Shown here: positions 34,096-43,028 of the stretch, one piece after another | Layout of the letters: each line of letters begins with the position of its first letter | Position numbering within the stretch: position 1 is the stretch's first letter | Assembly (NCBI GenBank): GCA_964446815.1 | Contig: CAYUQN010000002.1 | Coordinates: 5,463 to 69,462 of the forward strand | Direction: 5' to 3' | DNA from: an uncultured Oscillospiraceae bacterium | GTDB lineage: Bacteria; Bacillota; Clostridia; Oscillospirales; Oscillospiraceae | DNA: 64,000 nucleotides | Notes under the pieces: generated by a model | The model's database searches: none | What the model was told of the DNA's origin: nothing | The model's input: only the letters and a program-made list of their open reading frames with translations | Made by a program: the position numbers and the translations under genes

Positions 34096-34401
34096 TTACT
34101 CTGCACGCAGGGTGATAAGGCGACGCAGAATGCCGTCGGTTATGCCGAGGATACGGTCAAGCTCTGCCGGCAGATCGGGGGAGCCGGTGAACTTCATGAG
34201 AACATAGTAGCCTTCGGAAATGTAGTTGATCTCGTAAGCGAGTTTACGCTTACCCATCTCCTCCAATTCGTCCAGGGTACCATTGGCCTCAACGATTGCC
34301 TTGAACTTCTCGACGATCGCAGCGATCTGCTCCTCGCTGAAGTTCGGGTTGATGATGTACATTACTTCGTACTTTTCGATTGCTTTTGCCATGGTTTGCA
34401 C
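34096..34401 (-). CDS. rpsF: 30S ribosomal protein S6
   Basis: It has YEVMYIINP......I..IVEKF...V...G, and the rpsF-ssb-rpsR synteny is present. Confidence 0.95.
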   Translation of the reverse strand: MQTMAKAIEKYEVMYIINPNFSEEQIAAIVEKFKAIVEANGTLDELEEMGKRKLAYEINYISEGYYVLMKFTGSPDLPAELDRILGITDGILRRLITLRAE

Positions 34402-34499
34402 CTCCTTCTGGTCTTTTGGCCCCCGTCATTACGGGAGCAAGGAATAACCCATCCGATGGACAGGCTTTATAATTATACCCTTTTTTATCGGAATGTCAA
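34402..34499 (-). promoter_or_regulatory. rpsF promoter plus a structured 5' leader, a candidate S6:S18 autoregulatory leader
   Basis: On the minus strand: TTGACA, 16 nt, TATAAT. This is followed by a ~65-nt leader with paired segments (CCATCGGATGG, CCCCGTAATGACGGGGG) ending at AGGAGG. Confidence 0.45.
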
Positions 34500-35890
34500 G
34501 GGCTTTTTGCGTCTTTTTTCATTGCAGGGAGCTCCGAGGCGGCAAATATCGCGACCGCTGCAGCGGATACGACAACCGCAGTGCCGACCTCACCGTCGAT
34601 CGCCGCTGCTACAGCACTCACAAGAGCACATACGGCAATGACCGAGGCAAGGATATATGTCCTGCGGTCGATGCGTTTTTTGAGAGCGGAGCTGAAAACA
34701 AAGTAGAGTATCACTGCCGCAAACAGCGTTGCCACGGATATTATAAGAGCCGAAAGAGCCGAAACATAGTCGCCGTGCATAGCATCTGCCTTGTCATGAG
34801 CCGCGGCAAGCAGCGTATCAAATTCGTCGTCATCGCTTCCGAGCCCCATGCCGACAAATCGGGAATGACTTCTCTCTATAAGCTTTTGCATCGACTCGTA
34901 ATCAGAAAGGCCTTCCGCCTTGGAATCGAGCTCTGCCTTGCGGTCAAGGAGCTTTTCCTCATTTTCGGCAATAAGAGCAGCCGCTTCGATGAGCCCCTCC
35001 TTGGTGCCGTAGAGCTCACTGCCTATGGTGTTGAGCTGATTCTTACCTGCCGCAAGCTGAGCCTCCGCCATTGCAAGAGCTGACTTTGCCTCAAGAAGCT
35101 GTGCATACAGCTCATCGAGTTGCCGCTCACCCTGATCAAGCTGAGCCTCCGCCGACGGGATAGTGAACTCCGCCATTTCGAGTATGCCCGAAAGCATATC
35201 GAGGGCAAGCTTTGCCGTGGAAAGGGAGGATGCCGTTTGAGCGAGGGTTTCATCACTGAGCTGCATACCTGCCGATTCCGATACCGCCTTGAGTGCGTCC
35301 TCATGGCTCATGCCGCCATCTTCAAGTGCCGCTATCTGAGCGAGCACCGCATTGTAGCTCTCAAGGCTGTCATTATAAACCGAAAGCCCCAGCTCGTACA
35401 TTTGACGACCCTGCTCGAACTCCGCCTTCTGTGCTTCGAATTCCGCCTTGCCCTGCTCAAACTGATCACGACCCTGCTCATATGCACCGAAGCCGTATTC
35501 AAGCTGAAGCTTGCCGCTGTCTATACCGCTTTGTCCGCTGCCGAGAGTGCTCATGCCTACGGTGTATTGCAGGAGATTCTGATTGTACTCCGCAGCATTG
35601 AGCTCGTACTCTTTTACATCAGCTTCATGCTGCATAAGGCTCAGCTCATATTCTGCCGCAGTCTTATCATACTCCGCCTTGGCTTTTTCGTAAGCATCCT
35701 TTTGCTTTGCGGTCTCACTCACAGCATTGTCAAGCTCCGTCAGTGAGGCGTTAAAGCCGTCGTACTCTTCCTTGTCGACGGAAAGCAGGCTCAGATCGCC
35801 CACCAAAGCCGCCACACCGGATATCGCACCGAAAATGCAGGCTATCGCCAGAAACACCGATATTATCTTCGCATAGCTTGTACCTGCCAT
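34496..35890 (-). CDS. Membrane protein with a long extracellular coiled-coil (YhgE/Pip-like heptad region) and C-terminal TM segments
   Basis: The start at MAGTSY is preceded by GGGGTGA. It has an N-terminal TM segment, ~330 aa of repetitive A/E/Q/L coiled coil (e.g. EQGKAEFEAQKAEFEQGRQMYELG), and 3 C-terminal TM segments. Confidence 0.6.
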   Translation of the reverse strand: MAGTSYAKIISVFLAIACIFGAISGVAALVGDLSLLSVDKEEYDGFNASLTELDNAVSETAKQKDAYEKAKAEYDKTAAEYELSLMQHEADVKEYELNAAEYNQNLLQYTVGMSTLGSGQSGIDSGKLQLEYGFGAYEQGRDQFEQGKAEFEAQKAEFEQGRQMYELGLSVYNDSLESYNAVLAQIAALEDGGMSHEDALKAVSESAGMQLSDETLAQTASSLSTAKLALDMLSGILEMAEFTIPSAEAQLDQGERQLDELYAQLLEAKSALAMAEAQLAAGKNQLNTIGSELYGTKEGLIEAAALIAENEEKLLDRKAELDSKAEGLSDYESMQKLIERSHSRFVGMGLGSDDDEFDTLLAAAHDKADAMHGDYVSALSALIISVATLFAAVILYFVFSSALKKRIDRRTYILASVIAVCALVSAVAAAIDGEVGTAVVVSAAAVAIFAASELPAMKKDAKSP

Positions 35891-36057
35891 AAAGTCACCC
35901 CAAATATACATTATAATTATGGGGGAAGTATAATACATTCCGTTCGATTTCACAAGCGACGATACAAAAAGTTTACATACTGTTTTTTATTATTGTGGCA
36001 ATTTGCGATCACATATGATATAATGTTAACCCCAATATGAATAGTGAGGTAATTGCC

Positions 36058-37284
36058 ATGGATATAAATAAGATAAAAGCCTATGCCGAGCTCATCGTTA
36101 AGGTCGGTGTGAACATCAAGGAAGGGCAGGAGGTCATTGTTGATGCCGAGCTCGATCAGCCCGAATTCGTTGAGATGATCGTTGAGGAGTGCTACAAGGC
36201 AGGTGCAAGTGATGTTCGTGTCGAGTGGTCGCATCAGCCCTTGCAGCTTCTTAACGTCAAGTACCGCACCGCAGAGGCCCTCGGCACCGTTCGTGATTGG
36301 GAGCGTGAAAAGCTCCTCTACCGTGCAAAGACCCTCCCTGCCATGATCTATCTCGAATCCGCCGATCCCAACGGGCTTGACGGTATGGATCAGGAAAAGT
36401 GCGGTGCCGCACTCGGTATGCGTTGGAGCGTTATCAAGCCGATACGGGATGAGATGGATAACAAGTATCAGTGGTGCATTGCAGCCGTTCCGGGCAAAAA
36501 GTGGGCAAAGAAGGTCTTCCCCGAGCTTTCGACCGATGAGGCTATGGAAAAGCTTTGGGAGGCGATACTCTATACCTCCCGTGCGGACGGTGACGGTATA
36601 TTGGCATGGCGTGAGCATAATGCAGATCTAAAGAGCCGCTGCGATTATCTCAATTCCCTCGGTCTTCGCAGGCTCAAATACAGCTCGGCAAACGGAACCG
36701 ATTTCTCCGTAGGTCTCATCCCCGAGGCAATGTTCCTTGCCGGTGCGGAGGACACCTTGGGAAGCGGTATTACCTATAACCCCAACATCCCCAGCGAGGA
36801 AGTGTTCACCACTCCCAAGAGCGGCGATGCCGAGGGCATAGTGTATTCGACCAGACCTCTTTCCTACAGAGGCGTTATGATCGAAAACTTCTCCATACGC
36901 TTCGAGGGCGGCAAGGCAGTCGAGGTGCACGCGGAAAAGAATGAGGATGCACTTCGCACCATGATATCCCTTGATGAGGGTGCTGCCATGCTCGGTGAGT
37001 GTGCCCTTGTACCGTATGACAGTCCCATTCGCAACAGCGGTATAATGTTCTACAATACCCTGTTTGACGAGAATGCAGCCTGTCACCTTGCACTCGGTGC
37101 CGGCTTCACAAGCTGCATAAGGGATTACGATAAACTCGGCATCGAGAAGTGCCGTGAGATAGGTGTTAACGATTCCATGATCCATGAGGACTTCATGATA
37201 GGCAGTGAGGATATGAACATCACCGGTATCACGGCAGACGGTAAAGAGATCGCCATCTTCCGCAACGGCGATTGGGCGTTTTAA
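36058..37284 (+). CDS. M29 family aminopeptidase (AmpS/PepS-like)
   Basis: It has KAYAELIVKVGVNIKEGQEV, ...FDENAACHLALGAGF.. and ..HEDFMIGS.., which are characteristic of peptidase M29. Confidence 0.85.
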   Translation: MDINKIKAYAELIVKVGVNIKEGQEVIVDAELDQPEFVEMIVEECYKAGASDVRVEWSHQPLQLLNVKYRTAEALGTVRDWEREKLLYRAKTLPAMIYLESADPNGLDGMDQEKCGAALGMRWSVIKPIRDEMDNKYQWCIAAVPGKKWAKKVFPELSTDEAMEKLWEAILYTSRADGDGILAWREHNADLKSRCDYLNSLGLRRLKYSSANGTDFSVGLIPEAMFLAGAEDTLGSGITYNPNIPSEEVFTTPKSGDAEGIVYSTRPLSYRGVMIENFSIRFEGGKAVEVHAEKNEDALRTMISLDEGAAMLGECALVPYDSPIRNSGIMFYNTLFDENAACHLALGAGFTSCIRDYDKLGIEKCREIGVNDSMIHEDFMIGSEDMNITGITADGKEIAIFRNGDWAF

Positions 37285-37308
37285 TACATAGGCTTCGGGA
37301 GAGGTATC

Positions 37309-39204
37309 ATGAGTAATAAGCATGAAAGCGACAATTTGAATACCGAACGCACTCTCATAATGAACACTGCGGAGCTTGAGGAAAAGCTGCGTCGTGCAAG
37401 AGAGGATGCGATAGCCGCCGAGTCCGACTTAAAAACGGATTATGTCTTGACCCCCGACGGTGAATTGGATTTTAGCAGCATCCTCGGTGATGAGGATGGC
37501 TATGAGGAGCCGGAGCCCGAGTATGATGACTATGAGGAGGAGCCGACCCCCACACCGAAAAGGACTCAGAGTGCCGCCGCGAAAAGGATAATCGCCCAAC
37601 GCAACGAGGAAAAGCGCAGAAAAAAACGCACCCTGATAATAATCGGTGTCGTGCTTGCGGTCGTTGCCGCCATCGTAATCGGCACTGTGATAATCAGAAA
37701 CGCAGCCCAAAACGTTGCGTATACGAACGCCTTTGAGCAGGCTCAAGGCTATTACTACGACGGCAAATACGATGAGGCACTCGATGAGCTTCGCAATGCC
37801 CTTGCCATAAAAAAGACGGATGAATGTCTCCTGCTCATGTCCGAGTGCTACGAGGCAAAGAGCGATTATGTGAATGCCATCGCCATTCTGGAAAGCTCAA
37901 CGAGCGGAAGCAGTGTCATCGAAAAACGCCTTGAGCAGCTTCGTGAGGCGAAGGAGGAATATGACGCAGGCAAGACCGTCATAATCTGCGGTGAGCCCTA
38001 TGCATCCGACACCGAGGTCCTCGATCTCAGCGGCGGAGGTCTTAAATCAAGCCGCCTCGGTGATCTCAACAAGCTCACCGAGCTTACGAATCTCGATCTT
38101 TCCGACAATGCCATAGTATCCCTGAGCTTCCTTGAGGGACTCGATAAGCTCAAGACCCTCGATCTTTCGAATAACAGGATAAAGGATATTTCCGTGCTCT
38201 CGGGTATGACGGAACTTCGCACGCTATACCTTGACGGAAATAAGATCGAGGATTTCACTCCGCTTCACTCTCTTAGCGGTCTGAGCATACTGTCCATAAC
38301 CGGTATGGAGATCAGCGAAACTCAGCTCACGGAGCTCAAAGAAGCCCTGCCCTCCTGCATCATCTACAGTGATGATGCATCCCCCGATGTCGTGGAGATC
38401 AACATAGGCGGCAAGCGATTCAACAGTGACGTTGTGAGCCTCGACCTCTCCGACTGCGGCATTACCGATATATCGCTTTTGTCGCTTTGCACTTCACTTG
38501 AGAGGCTTGACCTCAGCGGCAACTCGATAAAGGATCTGACCCCCTTGGTCGATCTCACGAAGCTCAGGAGCCTGAATCTTGAAAACAACAAGGTGAGCGA
38601 TCTCAAGCCGCTTTTGGGTCTCAAGAAGCTTGAGTACCTGAATCTTGCGAATAATGAGATAACTTCGATCACCGCACTGTCCGAGCTCAAAAAGCTTACC
38701 GAGCTGCACCTTTCCCACAACGAGCTCAAGGGTCTTTCCGCACTGTCCGAGCTCACCTCTCTCAAGACCCTGTGCCTTGACGATGCCGACATTAAGGACA
38801 GCTACCTTGCAAAGCTTTATAAGCTCAGCTCTCTCCGCACCCTGCTTCTTGACAACAACGAGGAGCTTAGCCAAAGTGCCGTAAATGAGCTGAAAGCAAA
38901 GCTGCCGGATTGCACCGTGAGCTTCACCCCCGTGGTGGTGACCCTGGAGCTCGGCGGCAAGACCTTTAAGAGCGATGTCACGGAGCTCAGTCTTGTGGGC
39001 TGCAACATCACCGATATCAGCGTTCTCGCTCGCTGCACTGCCCTCAAGACTCTTGATCTGAGCGATAACCCGATAAATGACGCAAGTGCTCTCTACGGTC
39101 TGACCTCACTTCGTGAGCTCTACATATCCGGAACCAACCTCACTCCGGATCAAATTGCGGAGCTTGAAGCGAAGCTTCCCGATTGCGTTGTCAATGTCAT
39201 GTGA
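37309..39204 (+). CDS. Membrane-anchored TPR plus leucine-rich repeat (LRR) surface protein
   Basis: It has an acidic N-terminus, one TM segment (LIIIGVVLAVVAAIVIGTVII) and a TPR-like segment. Three LRR modules of 22-aa repeats (LxxLxLSxNxIxDxSxL) follow, each closed by a ..ELKxxLPxCxV.. cap. Confidence 0.8.
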   Translation: MSNKHESDNLNTERTLIMNTAELEEKLRRAREDAIAAESDLKTDYVLTPDGELDFSSILGDEDGYEEPEPEYDDYEEEPTPTPKRTQSAAAKRIIAQRNEEKRRKKRTLIIIGVVLAVVAAIVIGTVIIRNAAQNVAYTNAFEQAQGYYYDGKYDEALDELRNALAIKKTDECLLLMSECYEAKSDYVNAIAILESSTSGSSVIEKRLEQLREAKEEYDAGKTVIICGEPYASDTEVLDLSGGGLKSSRLGDLNKLTELTNLDLSDNAIVSLSFLEGLDKLKTLDLSNNRIKDISVLSGMTELRTLYLDGNKIEDFTPLHSLSGLSILSITGMEISETQLTELKEALPSCIIYSDDASPDVVEINIGGKRFNSDVVSLDLSDCGITDISLLSLCTSLERLDLSGNSIKDLTPLVDLTKLRSLNLENNKVSDLKPLLGLKKLEYLNLANNEITSITALSELKKLTELHLSHNELKGLSALSELTSLKTLCLDDADIKDSYLAKLYKLSSLRTLLLDNNEELSQSAVNELKAKLPDCTVSFTPVVVTLELGGKTFKSDVTELSLVGCNITDISVLARCTALKTLDLSDNPINDASALYGLTSLRELYISGTNLTPDQIAELEAKLPDCVVNVM

Positions 39205-39341
39205 ATTTTAGACAAAATGTGAGCAAAATTTTAAAATTGTTGCGGCACATTTCATAAAATGTTCTTTTCTTTTCACGAACAGTATGCTATAATAAGGATA
39301 CACAGGTGAAAACCCGTGAACGCAGAAAGGAGCACGATAGC

Positions 39342-39887
39342 ATGAAGTTCACTTTTACCGAGAAAAGGATGGGAAGCTCCGAGGAGCTCAGAGCCTATAC
39401 CGAGAAGAAGGTCGGCAAGCTGGATCGCTTTTTCAAGACCGAAAGCTCGGCGTTTGTCACCTTCAGTATGGAGCGTGGCCGCTTCCTCGCAGAGATCACC
39501 ATCAGCAACAACGGCCTTTATTTTAGGGCAAGCGAACTTACAAACGACATGTACGCCTCCGTCGATTCGAGTGTCGCCGCAATTGAACGGCAGATACGGA
39601 AGAATAAGACTCGCCTTGAAAAGCGTCTGAGAGAGGGAGCTCTGGAGCGTGAGGTCAAACCCTCCTATGTGCCGGCTTCGGATGATGAAGCAGAGGAATT
39701 CAACATTGTCCGCAGCAAGCGTTTCTCCATCAAGCCCATGTCGCCGGAGGAAGCCATTCTCCAAATGAATCTGCTTGAGCATGAGTTCTTTGTGTTCAGG
39801 AACGATGAGGAGGACGGCGCCATCTCAGTAGTCTACCGCCGCAAGAACGGCGGCTACGGTCTGATCTGTGACGATAACGCAGACTGA
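39342..39887 (+). CDS. hpf: Ribosome hibernation promoting factor, long form
   Basis: It has MKFTFTEKRMG...LDRFF.. and a C-terminal dimerisation domain (IVRSKRFSIKPMSPEEAILQMNLLEHEFFVFRN). The Shine-Dalgarno sequence is AAAGGAG. Confidence 0.9.
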   Translation: MKFTFTEKRMGSSEELRAYTEKKVGKLDRFFKTESSAFVTFSMERGRFLAEITISNNGLYFRASELTNDMYASVDSSVAAIERQIRKNKTRLEKRLREGALEREVKPSYVPASDDEAEEFNIVRSKRFSIKPMSPEEAILQMNLLEHEFFVFRNDEEDGAISVVYRRKNGGYGLICDDNAD

Positions 39888-39944
39888 TAAATGAATTATT
39901 CTTTGACCCCACCTATCGGTGGGGTCGATTTTTGGGAGAAGGAT

Positions 39945-40859
39945 ATGGATTATATTGAAGTAAGCATAGAAACACCGGAGAGCGAATTGAACACTCGCAG
40001 CGATGAGCTCATAGCACTTGGGATAAACGGCGTCGTTATCGAAAGCGAAAACGACTTTGCCGATTTTCTGGAGAACAATCACCAGTATTGGGACTATGTT
40101 GACGATGAGCTTGCAGGCAAGTTCAAGGGCGTTTCGAGGATAAAGTGTTATATCGAAATGAACCCGGAGGGCGAAGAGCTGCTCACGGAGTTAAAGAATC
40201 GCTATAATGTCGAGACGAAAACGGTAAGGGACAGCGATTGGGAAAACAACTGGAAGGCGTACTATAAGCCCATCGAGATCGGCAAGAAGCTGCTCATCCT
40301 ACCGGAGTGGGAGAAATTGGATAAAACGGAGCGTTCCGTTCTCAGACTCGATCCGGGACTTATGTTCGGAAGCGGCAGTCATGCCACAACGAGAATGTGT
40401 CTCACAGCACTTGAGGACTGTGCAAGCTCGGGCAAGAGAGCACTTGACCTCGGCTGCGGCAGTGGGATACTCGGTATCGGTGCGATAGTGCTCGGCTGCG
40501 ATGCGGCAGTCGGCTGTGACATTGACCCCAAGGCTCCCGATGTCGTCATGTCCAACGCCGCCTTAAACGGTATAGGCAAGGACAGGCTGAGGATCTATGC
40601 CGGTGATATAATCGGTGACGCATCCCTGCGAAAGAGCTTGGGCGGCGGCTTTGATATCGTGCTTGCCAATATTGTTTCCGATGTCATAATTCCGCTTGCT
40701 CCTTATGTGAGAGGCTTCATGTCGGATGAGGCGGTGTTCATTACCTCGGGCATTATCGACGGCAGAGAGCAAGAGGTTGCCTCCGCCCTCAAAGCCTCGG
40801 GCTTCGAGATCCTCCGCCACCTCAACGAGGAAGAATGGCACTGCTTTGTGTGCAGATGA
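39945..40859 (+). CDS. prmA: Ribosomal protein L11 methyltransferase
   Basis: It has MDYIEVSIET..., DWENNWKAYYKPI, FGSGSHATT and the SAM motif LDLGCGSGILGI. The start is chosen by family-typical N-terminus. Confidence 0.85.
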   Translation: MDYIEVSIETPESELNTRSDELIALGINGVVIESENDFADFLENNHQYWDYVDDELAGKFKGVSRIKCYIEMNPEGEELLTELKNRYNVETKTVRDSDWENNWKAYYKPIEIGKKLLILPEWEKLDKTERSVLRLDPGLMFGSGSHATTRMCLTALEDCASSGKRALDLGCGSGILGIGAIVLGCDAAVGCDIDPKAPDVVMSNAALNGIGKDRLRIYAGDIIGDASLRKSLGGGFDIVLANIVSDVIIPLAPYVRGFMSDEAVFITSGIIDGREQEVASALKASGFEILRHLNEEEWHCFVCR

Positions 40860-40921
40860 TAATTCAAAATCGGCAGGAGAATAAAACTGTCTCGGTCATA
40901 ATAATGTCGGTATGAATAAGC

Positions 40922-40958
40922 ACTCTCTCGGTTGATGAGCTCGACCGAGAGAGTTTTT
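40922..40958 (+). terminator. Rho-independent terminator after prmA
   Basis: Stem ACTCTCTCGGT/ACCGAGAGAGT followed by TTTTT. Confidence 0.7.
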
Positions 40959-41259
40959 CTTTGCCAATGTGAAATCCATCATCGGCAGTAAAAATTGTTG
41001 CCATGCTCACACACTTGGCTCTCCCTATAGGCGAGTCAAGAGATGGTGCGGTGCATTTTAATAACTGCGATGCAACGACCGACACCGATGCGGAAAACGT
41101 TTTGGTGTGGCATAAATCCATCCCCCCTCTCACTTGCTTGTGAAATTTCAAACCTGCTGTATGTGTTGTAAAATGTGTAATTGAATGTTATAATAATATT
41201 TTAGCGGCAATGCCGTAATATCTCCGGGGCAAGCCAGCCTCGGGAAAGGAAGAATTATT

Positions 41260-42684
41260 ATGAAACAATCCGAAAAATCCATGGACAAAATCGTTGCCCT
41301 GTGCAAAAACAGAGGCTTCGTCTACCCCGGCAGTGAGATCTACGGAGGTCTTGCAAACTCTTGGGACTACGGCCCCTTGGGTGTTGAATTCAAGAACAAT
41401 GTCAAGAAGGCATGGCTCAAAAAGTTCGTTCAGGAGAGCCCCTACAATGTCGGTCTCGATGCCGCCATTATCATGAATCCCCAGACCTGGATCACCACCG
41501 GTCACGTTGCCGGTTTCTCCGATCCTCTGCTTGACTGCAAGTCCTGCAAAGCACGTCACCGTGCCGATAAGCTCATCGGTGAGGAGCACCATGAGGTCAA
41601 TGTCGATGCCATGAGCTTCGACGAAATGGATGCGTTCATCGCCGCCCATGAGGATGTCGTCTGCCCCATCTGCGGTAAGCACGACTTCACCCCGATCAGA
41701 AAGTTCAATCTCATGTTCAAGACCGCCATCGGTGTCACCGAGGACTCCAGCTCCACCTGCTACCTCCGTCCCGAGACCGCACAGGGCATTTTCGTAAACT
41801 TTGCCAACATCGCCCGTACCACCAGAAAGAAGCTGCCCTTCGGCGTTTGCCAGGTCGGTAAGGCCTTCAGAAACGAGATAACCCCGGGCAACTTCATCTT
41901 CCGTATCAGAGAATTCGAGCAGATGGAATGTGAGTTCTTCTGCAAGCCCGGCACCGACCTTGAGTGGTTTGCATACTGGAAGGACTACTGCAAAAACTGG
42001 CTGCTTTCCCTCGGCATCAGTGAGGACAACCTCCGCCTGAGAGATCATGAGCCTGCCGAGCTTGCGTTCTATTCCCGTGCCACCACCGATATAGAATACG
42101 CCTTCCCGTTCACCGATTGGGGCGAGCTGTGGGGCATTGCCGACCGTACCGATTACGACCTGAGCCGCCACCAGGAGGCATCGGGTAAGGATCTCACATA
42201 CTTCGATCAGGAGACCAACGAGCACTACATTCCCTATGTCATCGAGCCCTCACTCGGCTGTGACCGTGTTGCACTTGCCTTCCTTTGCGAGGCATATGAC
42301 GAGGAGGTCGTCGGTCAGGACAAGAAGGGCAACGACGATGTTCGTACCGTTTTGCGTCTGCATCCCGCTCTGGCTCCGTTTAAGTGTGCCATCCTGCCTC
42401 TTAGCAAGAAGGAGATACTCACCGGCCCTGCAATGGAGCTTTACCGTGAGCTGTCCGCTCACTTCATGGTAGACTACGATGAGACCGGCTCCATCGGTAA
42501 GCGTTATCGCCGTGAGGACGAGATCGGCACTCCGTTCTGCATCACCTTTGACTTCAACACCGTCGGTACCGAGACCGATGAGGCGGATCATTGCGTTACC
42601 GTCCGTGAGAGAGATTCCATGCAGCAGGTGCGTATACCCATCTCCGAGGTCAGAGCTTACATTGAGGAGCGTATAAAGTTCTGA
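41260..42684 (+). CDS. glyQS: Glycine--tRNA ligase (homodimeric alpha2 type)
   Basis: This 474-aa protein has [45 protein letters not shown], and an anticodon-binding C-terminus. Confidence 0.95.
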   Translation: MKQSEKSMDKIVALCKNRGFVYPGSEIYGGLANSWDYGPLGVEFKNNVKKAWLKKFVQESPYNVGLDAAIIMNPQTWITTGHVAGFSDPLLDCKSCKARHRADKLIGEEHHEVNVDAMSFDEMDAFIAAHEDVVCPICGKHDFTPIRKFNLMFKTAIGVTEDSSSTCYLRPETAQGIFVNFANIARTTRKKLPFGVCQVGKAFRNEITPGNFIFRIREFEQMECEFFCKPGTDLEWFAYWKDYCKNWLLSLGISEDNLRLRDHEPAELAFYSRATTDIEYAFPFTDWGELWGIADRTDYDLSRHQEASGKDLTYFDQETNEHYIPYVIEPSLGCDRVALAFLCEAYDEEVVGQDKKGNDDVRTVLRLHPALAPFKCAILPLSKKEILTGPAMELYRELSAHFMVDYDETGSIGKRYRREDEIGTPFCITFDFNTVGTETDEADHCVTVRERDSMQQVRIPISEVRAYIEERIKF

Positions 42685-42685
42685 T

Positions 42686-43024
42686 ATGAACACCGGAGAA
42701 GATTTCGTAAAAAAGATAAAGCCCATCGGCTGTGTGCTGTTCCTTGCTTTGTTCGTCGGCTTCCTGCTGGTATGCTTTTTCGGCGGTGCTCCGATAAACG
42801 GCTATGCTCCGCCGCAGGACAGTGAGTATTACGCAGAGCATTTGTCGGAGCTCAAAGCGGAGCTCGAGAAGAATGTCTTCCCCGAGCTTGAAGGCATCAC
42901 AGCCTGTGAGCTTTCGCAAGACAGGCTTTGTATTACGGTCGATCCCGATGAATATGAGGATGTGAAGTACGCGATCACGTTCTATTACGATGAAGAATTA
43001 TTTGAGTTTTTAAAGGAAGAATAA
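42686..43024 (+). CDS. Hypothetical membrane-anchored small protein
   Basis: This 112-aa protein starts 1 nt after the glyQS stop and has a single TM segment (IGCVLFLALFVGFLLVCFF). Confidence 0.5.
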   Translation: MNTGEDFVKKIKPIGCVLFLALFVGFLLVCFFGGAPINGYAPPQDSEYYAEHLSELKAELEKNVFPELEGITACELSQDRLCITVDPDEYEDVKYAITFYYDEELFEFLKEE

Positions 43025-43028
43025 TGAT

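Noticed and set aside
40864-41151. 95-aa minus-strand ORF in the prmA-glyQS gap
   Set aside because: It has a TTG start without a properly spaced Shine-Dalgarno sequence. It runs through the prmA terminator hairpin, and its composition is unlike that of neighbouring genes.
40960-41259. Glycine T-box riboswitch upstream of glyQS
   Set aside because: There is no T-box consensus, no specifier-loop hairpin with a GGC codon context, and no terminator or antiterminator before the start codon.
41188-42225. 345-aa minus-strand ORF antisense to glyQS. The same applies to the antisense ORFs at 3964-4656, 8439-9326, 12607-13422, 14248-14922, 26080-26751, 26961-27833, 33341-34207, 35950-37323, 45226-46020, 47403-48368, 49750-51150, 55977-56951 and 60890-61789.
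   Set aside because: All of them mirror well-supported genes on the other strand and lack Shine-Dalgarno sequences and recognisable motifs. They are codon-bias shadows.
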